Positions 37,726 to 45,297 of a stretch of 64,000 nt of DNA are shown here, one piece after another (position 1 is the first letter of the stretch; each line of letters begins with the position of its first letter). The notes below the pieces were generated by a model. It was given only the letters and a program-made list of their open reading frames with translations, ran no database searches and was not told the DNA's origin. The DNA comes from Candidatus Aminicenantales bacterium (lineage in GTDB: Bacteria; Acidobacteriota; Aminicenantia; Aminicenantales; UBA8522), in the NCBI GenBank assembly GCA_049682755.1, contig JBAUIH010000022.1, positions 4,377 to 68,376 of the forward strand, read 5' to 3'. Made by a program: the position numbers and the translations under genes.

Positions 37726-38147
37726 CAGGGATTTCTCCTCAGCTTGGACTGGGGGCCCAGGGGTTTCAGTTCCTTGACGAAGTCTTTGATGACCTGGGTG
37801 TACTTGGTTCCTTCCGCGGCCGAAATCCAGGACATCTGGAACCGCTCCGGTTCAAGGCCGATGTATTCCAGGAGTTTCTTGACGAGGTTCAATCTTCTCC
37901 GGGCGTAATAGTTGCCCTTGATATAATGGCAGTCGCCGGGATGGCAACCGGAGACGAGCACACCGTCGGCGCCCTTGTTGAAGGCCGAAAAAATATAGAG
38001 TGGAGAGACGCTCCCGGAGCACATTACCTGAATGGGGACGACGTTGGGCGGGTATTCCATCCGGGAGACGCCGGCCAGGTCGCTCCCGGCCGAGGAACAC
38101 CACTTGCAGAGAAAGGCGACAATCCGGGGTTCGAACTCCTCGGCCAT
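37725..38147 (-). CDS. mvhD: MvhD-like (methyl-viologen-reducing hydrogenase delta subunit) protein
   Basis: Begins MAEEFEPRIVAFLCKWCSSAG. The ATG at 38147 is preceded by GGAGGATAATC and sits 2 nt after the hdrA stop. The listed ORF extends to 38243. Confidence 0.75.
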   Translation of the reverse strand: MAEEFEPRIVAFLCKWCSSAGSDLAGVSRMEYPPNVVPIQVMCSGSVSPLYIFSAFNKGADGVLVSGCHPGDCHYIKGNYYARRRLNLVKKLLEYIGLEPERFQMSWISAAEGTKYTQVIKDFVKELKPLGPQSKLRRNP

Positions 38148-38149
38148 GA

Positions 38150-40099
38150 TTATCCTCCGAGACACGCGTTGATCATTTCGGCGACCTGATTCTGGGTGAG
38201 ATTCTTGACCTGGATGGCCGACCGCAGGCACGTGGCCGTGCAAGTGCCGCAGCCTTCGCAGAGGACCTCGTTGACCTCGACTTTTCCGTCTTTTAAGGAA
38301 AGAGCGTCATAGGGACAGACGGCGACACACATCCCGCAGCCCGTGCAGAGGTTGTTGGTGACGCTGGCCACGGTCGGCGCGTGGAACAATCTCTCCTGAG
38401 AAAGGATAACCACGGCTTTGACGGCGGCACCGCTGGCCTGGGCGACGGCCTCGGGGATATCCTTAGGAGCTTGGGCAGCTCCGGCTAGAAACATGCCGGA
38501 GGTGACGCTTTCCACCGGCCTCAACTTGGGATGGGCCTCGGCCAGAAATCCGTCCTTGTCCATGGCCAGCTTGAATTTCTTGGCCAGTTCCTGGGCGCCC
38601 TTAGAAGGGCGCATGGCCTGGGCCAAAACGACCATGTCGGCGTCGATCTCGATAGGCTTGCCGGTCAAAGTGTCCACCCCCCAAACGACGATCTTGCCCT
38701 TGTCTTCGAAGATCTTGGAGACCTTGCCGCGGAGATAGACAACGCCATCTTCCTCGACGGTCCGCTGGACGAATTCTTCATATCCTTTTCCGCCGGAGCG
38801 GATGTCGATATAAAAGACATAGGCCTGGCCGTCATGAACGTGGTGCTTGTAGAGCATGGCGTGTTTGGCCGTGTACATGCAACAGATCTTTGAGCAGTAA
38901 GCACAGTGATTCTCCGGATCTCGCGATCCGGAGCACTGGATGAAGACGACTTCTTTGGGTTCCTTGTGATCGGACGGCCGGAGGATCTTGCCCATGGTGG
39001 GACCGGAGGCCGAGAGGAGCCGTTCGAACTGGAGGCCGTCCAGGACATCGGCGTATCTGCCGAAGCCGTATTCGGCCATGTTTTCCTTCTCATAGAGGTC
39101 AAAGCCAGTGGCGACGATGATGGCCCCCACTTCTTCCTCGATGACCTCGGGCTTCTGGTCGTAATTGATGGCCTTGGGCTTGCAGACATCGGCGCACTTG
39201 CCGCAGGCGATGGTGGTGGAGATGTCTGGACAATTTTTGTCGTCGAGAGTATAGGACGCCGGAATAGCCTGGGGGAAGGGGATATAGATCGCCCGCCTTC
39301 CCGTCAGACCGAGGTCGAACTCGTTGGGCACGACGATCGGGCAGACCTTGGTGCATTCGTCGCAGAGCGTGCACTTGGCCGGATCGACATAGGTGGGTTT
39401 CTTCAAGATCTTGACCTTGAAGTTGCCGACATAGCCGGTGACGTCCTGAACCTCGCTATAGGTCATCAGCTTGATTTTGGGATGCTTGGACACCTCGACC
39501 ATTTTTGGTGTCAGAATACACTGAGAGCAGTCGAGGGTGGGGAAAGTCTCCGACAGCTGGATCATGTGGCCGCCGATGGAGGGGCTCCTCTCGACCAGGA
39601 TCACTTCGAAACCGCTGTTGGCCAGGTCGAGAGCGGCCTGAATGCCGGAAATCCCTCCGCCGACGACGAGGGCCCTCCGGGTCACAGGGACGCTCAGGGG
39701 TTCCAGCGATTCGTTCTGGCGGACCTTTTCGACCGCGGAATGAGCGATCTTGGTGGCCTTCCGGGTGGCCCGGGGCTTGTCCTTATGGACCCAGCTGCAC
39801 TGTTCGCGGATATTGGCGATCTCGCAACGGAAACTGTTGATGCCGGCGCGGTTGGCGGCGTTGCGGAAGGTCGTTTCATGGAGGTTAGGAGAGCAGCAGG
39901 CGACGACGACGCTGTCCAGTTTTTTCTCCTTGATAGCCTGCTCGATCAGGTTTTGGCCGGGGTCCGAGCACATATAAACATAGTCCTCGGAGTGGACCAC
40001 CCCCGGGTGTTTGGCCAGCTCCTCGGCGACCTTCTTCACATCCACCGTGCCGGCGATGTTGATGCCGCAGTGGCAGACAAAGACTCCGGTCCGTTTCAT
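38150..40099 (-). CDS. hdrA: Heterodisulfide reductase subunit A (FAD, multiple FeS)
   Basis: Begins VFVCHCGINIAG. Dinucleotide-binding motif VVGGGISGIQAA. Several CxxCxxCxxxC clusters. About 650 aa. Confidence 0.85.
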   Translation of the reverse strand: MKRTGVFVCHCGINIAGTVDVKKVAEELAKHPGVVHSEDYVYMCSDPGQNLIEQAIKEKKLDSVVVACCSPNLHETTFRNAANRAGINSFRCEIANIREQCSWVHKDKPRATRKATKIAHSAVEKVRQNESLEPLSVPVTRRALVVGGGISGIQAALDLANSGFEVILVERSPSIGGHMIQLSETFPTLDCSQCILTPKMVEVSKHPKIKLMTYSEVQDVTGYVGNFKVKILKKPTYVDPAKCTLCDECTKVCPIVVPNEFDLGLTGRRAIYIPFPQAIPASYTLDDKNCPDISTTIACGKCADVCKPKAINYDQKPEVIEEEVGAIIVATGFDLYEKENMAEYGFGRYADVLDGLQFERLLSASGPTMGKILRPSDHKEPKEVVFIQCSGSRDPENHCAYCSKICCMYTAKHAMLYKHHVHDGQAYVFYIDIRSGGKGYEEFVQRTVEEDGVVYLRGKVSKIFEDKGKIVVWGVDTLTGKPIEIDADMVVLAQAMRPSKGAQELAKKFKLAMDKDGFLAEAHPKLRPVESVTSGMFLAGAAQAPKDIPEAVAQASGAAVKAVVILSQERLFHAPTVASVTNNLCTGCGMCVAVCPYDALSLKDGKVEVNEVLCEGCGTCTATCLRSAIQVKNLTQNQVAEMINACLGG

Positions 40100-40728
40100 G
40101 ATTTTGCCTTTCGGGGAGCGCTCTTCTTGGGTTTGGAGACCGGCGGCTTTTCGTCCGGCTTGATCATTGTGGGAGGTTTTTCCTTTTCCTTGGCTAACAG
40201 CTCGATCCCATAGTCATAGCCCTTATCAAAAGCCCTGATATTGAGCTCAAGAAACCTCTTGGGGACGAGGCCGGGGAGGGCCTTTTTCATGGCCTCCGGG
40301 CTGACCAACTTGGTGATGGCGGTGAAGAATCCGAGCATGACCAGGTTGCCGAAGATGCGGTTGCCCATCTCCTCGGCGAAGCGGGTCGAAGGAACGCCAA
40401 AATACTTGATCTCGTCCCGCACGGGCTTGGGTTTCACCAGGTCGGTGTCATAGATGAGCGTTCCGTCGCCGCGGAGATCCGGCTCGTATTTCTCATAGGC
40501 ATCCTGAGACATGGAAACGAGAATTTCCGGCCGGGTGATGTAGGGATAAAGGACGCGCTCCTCCGAGATCACCAACTGGGAACTGCAGGCGCTTCCTCTC
40601 GCTTCCGGTCCGAAGCTCTGGGTCATGGTTCCGAACTTATTATCAAAGAGAGAAACGGCCTTGCCGGTGATCAAACCGCAGCGGATAATTCCCTGGCCGC
40701 CGTAACCCGAAAAACGGATCTCGCTCAT
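40096..40728 (-). CDS. 2-oxoacid:ferredoxin oxidoreductase gamma subunit with Lys/Pro-rich C-terminal tail
   Basis: Begins FSGYGGQGIIRCG, typical of POR/KOR gamma. The C-terminal tail is KEKEKPPTMIKPDEKPPVSKPKKSAPRKAKS. Confidence 0.75.
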   Translation of the reverse strand: MSEIRFSGYGGQGIIRCGLITGKAVSLFDNKFGTMTQSFGPEARGSACSSQLVISEERVLYPYITRPEILVSMSQDAYEKYEPDLRGDGTLIYDTDLVKPKPVRDEIKYFGVPSTRFAEEMGNRIFGNLVMLGFFTAITKLVSPEAMKKALPGLVPKRFLELNIRAFDKGYDYGIELLAKEKEKPPTMIKPDEKPPVSKPKKSAPRKAKS

Positions 40729-41594
40729 GGTTTCACTCCGTAGGGGACATATTTTTCGCCCAGGGCCTTCTGGAGATGGGCGTTCATGCAGTCAAGAAAT
40801 GTTGGCTTTTCCTTGTCCACGAACTTGCCGACGATGAGCTTGCCTTGATATTCGATGCCCACGGTACGTGTATCGGCGCCGTGCTGAATTTCAGATTGGT
40901 CATAATAGTACTTGAGCAGATTCAAGCCGTCGCCCAGCCGGTTCCGCCGGGCATACAGTGTGACACAAGGAGTGATGACCTCGATGAAAGAGAAGCCTCG
41001 CTTGGCCAGCGCCTCCTGGATGGATTTGGTGACCCTCCGGATATGGAGGGATGTCCAGCGCGCCACGTAGGTGGCGCCGCAGGTTTCGACTAAGTAGGGC
41101 AGGTTGAAGGGGTATTCGAAGTTCCCGTAGGGCGCCGTAGAAAGATTGGCACCGAGCGGAGATGTGGCGGCCACCTGTCCTCCTGTCATGGCGTAGTTGA
41201 AGTTGTTCACGCAGATGACCACGATGTCCATGTTCCGTCGGGCGGCGTGAATGAGATGGTTGCCGCCGATCCCGACGATGTCTCCGTCGCCGCTGAAGAC
41301 CACGACCTTGAGCTCCGGATTGGCCAACTTGAGCCCGGTGGCGAAGGGGATGGCCCGGCCGTGGGTGGTGTGGAAGGAGTCGAACTTGACATAGCCCGCC
41401 ACCCGCCCCGTGCAACCGATGCCGGAGACAACGGCGACCTTGTCGAGGTCGAGTTCACTTTTTTTAAGGGCATCGGCGAACGAAGTGACCACCGTGCCGA
41501 TGCCACAGCCCGGGCACCAGATGTGCGGAATCCGGTCCATTCGGAGGAAATCCTCCATCGGGTTTTTTTCTTCGGCGAGTTCCTCGCGGTTCAT
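40725..41594 (-). CDS. 2-oxoacid:ferredoxin oxidoreductase beta subunit (TPP-binding)
   Basis: WCPGCGIG region and TPP motif GDGD. Confidence 0.85.
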   Translation of the reverse strand: MNREELAEEKNPMEDFLRMDRIPHIWCPGCGIGTVVTSFADALKKSELDLDKVAVVSGIGCTGRVAGYVKFDSFHTTHGRAIPFATGLKLANPELKVVVFSGDGDIVGIGGNHLIHAARRNMDIVVICVNNFNYAMTGGQVAATSPLGANLSTAPYGNFEYPFNLPYLVETCGATYVARWTSLHIRRVTKSIQEALAKRGFSFIEVITPCVTLYARRNRLGDGLNLLKYYYDQSEIQHGADTRTVGIEYQGKLIVGKFVDKEKPTFLDCMNAHLQKALGEKYVPYGVKP

Positions 41595-42757
41595 CGGACG
41601 GCCTCCTTAATGGCTTTCAAGATATCTTCGGGATCGTGGACCCAACCCCCGCAATGAGTAACGCCGATAACCGGCGCTTGGCCGAAAGCGCAACGCTCGA
41701 CCTCGCGTCCGATCTGGCCGAGGTTGAGCTCGGGCACGACAAAAGCCTTGATTTTCCCGGCCAGCTCTTTGATTCTTTTTTCGGGGAACGGCCAGACCGT
41801 GATCAACCGTATCGTGCCGACCCTGATGCCGGCTTCGCGGGCGAGCCGGACCGCCCTGATAGCCACCCTGGAGGTGATTCCGTAGGAAATGACCACGACC
41901 TCGGCATTGTCGATCTGGTCTTCCTGCAACTCAATGATCTTATGGGCGTTCTTCCGGATCTTGTCAACGAGATGATGAACGCACCAGTCCTGGACCTCGG
42001 CATTGAGCACCGGATAGCCGCGTTCATCATGGGTGAGTCCGGTGGTGTGGAAGCGGTAGCCGTCTCCCGGCTTGACCATGAAGGGGACCAGGTCCTTGTC
42101 CGGCTTGTAGGGCAGGTACTTGTCCTTCGGCCCCTGATACCACTTCCGCTCGACCACTTCGATCTGGTCGGCCGGCGGAATGACCACTTTCTCGTGCATG
42201 TGGCCGACGCATTCGTCGGTCATGATAAACACCGGAACCCGATAAAGCTCCGCAAGATTGAAGGCCTTGATGGTCAGGTCGAAACACTCCTGAGGAGAAT
42301 CCGGGGAAAGGGCGATGATCTCGTAGTCGCCGTGAGAACCGAATTTCGCCTGCATCATGTCTCCTTGACCGGCCAGAGTGGGGAGACCGGTGGAGGGCCC
42401 GCCCCTCTGGACATTGGCGATCACGAGGGGGGTCTCCATCATCACGGCGAGGCCGATGTTTTCCATCATCAAGGAGAAGCCCGGGCCTGAGGTCACCGTC
42501 ATGGCTTTCTGACCTCCCCAGGAGGCGCCGATCAGAGCGGTTATCGAGGCGAGTTCGTCCTCCATCTGGATGAAAACCCCCCCGACCAAAGGGATCCTCT
42601 CAGAGAAGCGCTCAGCTGTTTCGGTAGAAGGGGTAATCGGGTATCCGCCAAAAAAGCGGCAGCCGGCAGCCAGCCCGCCCTCGGCGATGGCGAAGTCTCC
42701 ATCGAGATAATGGGACCCGGTCAGAACTCCTTTAGGGTCTGCTTTCACTTTTCTCAC
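41591..42757 (-). CDS. 2-oxoacid:ferredoxin oxidoreductase alpha subunit
   Basis: Region [24 protein letters not shown], typical of OFOR alpha. Confidence 0.85.
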   Translation of the reverse strand: MRKVKADPKGVLTGSHYLDGDFAIAEGGLAAGCRFFGGYPITPSTETAERFSERIPLVGGVFIQMEDELASITALIGASWGGQKAMTVTSGPGFSLMMENIGLAVMMETPLVIANVQRGGPSTGLPTLAGQGDMMQAKFGSHGDYEIIALSPDSPQECFDLTIKAFNLAELYRVPVFIMTDECVGHMHEKVVIPPADQIEVVERKWYQGPKDKYLPYKPDKDLVPFMVKPGDGYRFHTTGLTHDERGYPVLNAEVQDWCVHHLVDKIRKNAHKIIELQEDQIDNAEVVVISYGITSRVAIRAVRLAREAGIRVGTIRLITVWPFPEKRIKELAGKIKAFVVPELNLGQIGREVERCAFGQAPVIGVTHCGGWVHDPEDILKAIKEAVR

Positions 42758-43010
42758 CTTCTTCCTCCTCTTTTTTGAGAGTGACGAAAATCGCGAACTC
42801 CGGGCAGATGGCTTCGCAGAGCTGGCAGTAAATGCACTCGTTTTCTTTTACGACCCGGGGGGGGTGGTAACCCTTTTTGTTGAATTCCTCGGAGAGCTCG
42901 AGGACATCGCGAGGACAGTACTCGACGCAAAAGCCGCAGCCCTTGCACCTTTCCTTATGGATGTGGATATTGCCTTTTTTGGCTCTGAGATTGCCGAAAC
43001 GGATGGTCAT
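42732..43010 (-). CDS. 2-oxoacid:ferredoxin oxidoreductase delta subunit (2x[4Fe-4S] ferredoxin)
   Basis: Two ferredoxin motifs, [12 protein letters not shown] and [12 protein letters not shown]. 92 aa. Confidence 0.75.
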   Translation of the reverse strand: MTIRFGNLRAKKGNIHIHKERCKGCGFCVEYCPRDVLELSEEFNKKGYHPPRVVKENECIYCQLCEAICPEFAIFVTLKKEEEEGEKSESRP

Positions 43011-43017
43011 GGTTCCC

Positions 43018-43896
43018 TCAGATCAGGCCCTTTTCTTCAAGAAGCGGCCTGGGATTGACATAGTGGAGATCAAGACGAAGGTCTTTCTCTTCGCAGCCCA
43101 AGGCAATGGCCAGAAGCTGGGTGAAATAGAGGATCGGGAGACCCTTGAATCCGGAATACTTCTCGGCCGTTTGCTTTTGTCGGAAATCCAGGTTGAAAGC
43201 GCAGAGGGGGCAGCTGACCGAGACCACCTCGGCGCCGCGGTTCTGCGCGGACGTCAGAATACTGTAGGTCCGCTCAACGACATTCTCCGGTTTGTCGACC
43301 GTCTGATAGGCCCCGCAACATTCCGTCTTATAGGGAAAATCGACCGCTTCCGCCCCGAGGACGACCGCCAGGTCGTCGAGGACGGTCGGGTTCTCCATGT
43401 CGTCCAGGCCGATTTCTTTGGGGCGGACGAGGAGACAACCGTAATAACTGGCCACTTTGAGATTGCGAAGGGGCTTTTTGACTTTCTTGCCGATCGTCTC
43501 GAACGAGACATCCTCCCGGAGCAACTCCAGCAGGTGCCGGACCTTCACATCCCCCTGATAGGCGATCTTTTCCTCGTCCATGAATTTATGGATCTTCTCC
43601 AGGCTCTCCGGATCGGCCTTGATCCGTTCGTTGACCCGCTTGAGGGTGTTGTAGCACATCGCGCAGAGGGTTATGACCGAGTCCGCCTGTTCTTCCTTGA
43701 CCCGAATCAGGTTGCGGACGGAGGCGAGATGGCGCATCAGGTCGTCCGTGGTCAGAGAGTAGACGGTTCCGCAGCAGTTCCAGCGTGAGAGTTCCTTGAC
43801 GTCGACCCCCAGCTCGCGCAGCGCACAGAGAGCGGAGTCCTCAAAATTTTTGGCGTTGCTCTTAAGAGTGCACCCTGGATAATAGCTGACTTTCAT
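43018..43896 (-). CDS. hdrB: Heterodisulfide reductase subunit B (two CCG domains)
   Basis: Begins [13 protein letters not shown]. Cysteine patterns CCG...C repeated twice (NCCGTVY...CAMCY; ECCGAYQ...CPLCAFN). Confidence 0.8.
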   Translation of the reverse strand: MKVSYYPGCTLKSNAKNFEDSALCALRELGVDVKELSRWNCCGTVYSLTTDDLMRHLASVRNLIRVKEEQADSVITLCAMCYNTLKRVNERIKADPESLEKIHKFMDEEKIAYQGDVKVRHLLELLREDVSFETIGKKVKKPLRNLKVASYYGCLLVRPKEIGLDDMENPTVLDDLAVVLGAEAVDFPYKTECCGAYQTVDKPENVVERTYSILTSAQNRGAEVVSVSCPLCAFNLDFRQKQTAEKYSGFKGLPILYFTQLLAIALGCEEKDLRLDLHYVNPRPLLEEKGLI

Positions 43897-43954
43897 GGGA
43901 ATCCCTTCTTCGGATGAGGTCGGATGATCGACGCATCATTTATGATCGAAATTA

Positions 43955-44362
43955 TCAAGACGTGAATTTCCGGAAATTGCTGATCAGGGCGATGGCCGGG
44001 ACGGAAGCCTTTTCCTCGTTGCTGAGTTTGGACACCTCGACATGGTCCTTTCTCTTGCGGAGCAGGACCTGGCGGACCGCTTCCATGACCTCGGCAATCT
44101 TGATCCCCTTGGGACAGCGCACGTTGCAGGTATAGCAGGACGCGCAGACCCAGACCGACTTGGATTCGAGGAGCTCGTCTTTGAGGCCGAGCTGGGCGTA
44201 GCGGATAACCTGGTTAGGGAGGATGTCCATGTCACCGACGGCCGGGCAGCCGGCCGAGCACTTGCCGCACTGGTAGCAGGCCGAGAGCTTCTGGCCGCTG
44301 ATCTCTTCGATCTTCTTCACAAAATCATCGCGGATTGTGTTCCTGGAGATGTTCGTTCTCAT
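43955..44362 (-). CDS. hdrC: Heterodisulfide reductase subunit C (2x[4Fe-4S])
   Basis: Motifs CYQCGKCSAGCP and CASCYTCNVRCP. First gene of the operon. Confidence 0.75.
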   Translation of the reverse strand: MRTNISRNTIRDDFVKKIEEISGQKLSACYQCGKCSAGCPAVGDMDILPNQVIRYAQLGLKDELLESKSVWVCASCYTCNVRCPKGIKIAEVMEAVRQVLLRKRKDHVEVSKLSNEEKASVPAIALISNFRKFTS

Positions 44363-44445
44363 TGTACCTTGTCTCTTTCAAGTTGGAGAGGATCGAGATG
44401 GGATGGAAATGGATTTCCGAACCCAAAAAGACCCTCCAGTAAAAC

Positions 44446-44467
44446 ATAATTTTCTTCACCTGTCAAG
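44446..44467. promoter_or_regulatory. 22-bp near-perfect palindrome TTTTCTTCAC-CT-GTCAAGAAAA upstream of hdrC, containing a TTGACA hexamer on the coding-orientation strand
   Basis: The inverted repeat (9 of 10 arm positions pair) was read directly. It lies 85-105 nt upstream of the hdrC start and overlaps the stop of the alpha/beta hydrolase gene. Confidence 0.3.
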
Positions 44468-45259
44468 AAAATGAGGCGACGGCTCGCCGTTGAAGAAAAG
44501 GATGATTTCCTGAATGTCTTCCTGGGGAAATCGGTTCCGGAAATAGTCCTCTGTTACCTCTAAAGGATAATGATCGATGCCGACGAGGACAACCTTCAAG
44601 CGCTCGACGTTCTCCTCAAAAAGCTTCAGCAGGGGGCCGTTCTTGACGGTCCTGTCCGAGTGGCTGAGGATCAGGACGTGGGGCCGCTTATGGAAGCGGC
44701 AGGTCCGGCGCTCGCTGAGGATGATCCGGGCGGTCTCGAAAAACGTTCGTCCTTCCATCTGGCTCAGCAGGGTATCGATCCGTTCCGCGGGATAATCACT
44801 GTACCAGTGAAAGACACGATGAAAAAAACGATGGTTCCAGACCTTCGTCGATAGATCAAAGACCAGCGCCAGGCGGACGAGAAAGGCGTAGGTCGATTTC
44901 TTGATCGGTCCCAGGTTGAGCCAACGTGAGCTGAGATAAGGTGTAATGGCGACAACCCCATGGCAGCGTTCATCGGGGGGGAGATGAGAGATAACGGCGA
45001 ACCCGAAGGATATGCCGCCCAGAAGGTAGCTCTCCAACCCGAGATCATCAATCCGGCGCCGGACATAGCCGGCGTAGTTTTCCAGGGAGACTTCGGTCAG
45101 AGGCGGGATATGATTGATGAAGCCGGGGAGGTCGACGAAATGGACCTGGAAAAAACGCCCCAAGTAGTCGATCAGCCCTCTCAAGACCAGGCTATTCGTC
45201 AAGAACGCGTTGACCAGAACAAGGTTGTCTTTATGGCATGGAGTTGAATGAGGCCTCAT
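44456..45259 (-). CDS. Alpha/beta-hydrolase fold protein
   Basis: The likely start is ATG 45259 (MRPHSTPCHKDNLVLVNAF...), with core LLGGISFGFA. The listed ORF runs on to 45535. Confidence 0.45.
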   Translation of the reverse strand: MRPHSTPCHKDNLVLVNAFLTNSLVLRGLIDYLGRFFQVHFVDLPGFINHIPPLTEVSLENYAGYVRRRIDDLGLESYLLGGISFGFAVISHLPPDERCHGVVAITPYLSSRWLNLGPIKKSTYAFLVRLALVFDLSTKVWNHRFFHRVFHWYSDYPAERIDTLLSQMEGRTFFETARIILSERRTCRFHKRPHVLILSHSDRTVKNGPLLKLFEENVERLKVVLVGIDHYPLEVTEDYFRNRFPQEDIQEIILFFNGEPSPHFLDR

Positions 45260-45297
45260 GAAAAGGCCCCATTTATTAACATAGCGGGCGGGCGAAG

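Noticed and set aside
45247-45265. Perfect palindrome ATGAGGCCTCAT at the alpha/beta hydrolase start codon
   Set aside because: It is only 12 bp and is made of the start codon, an StuI-like AGGCCT core and its mirror. This is most likely coincidence, with no supporting context.
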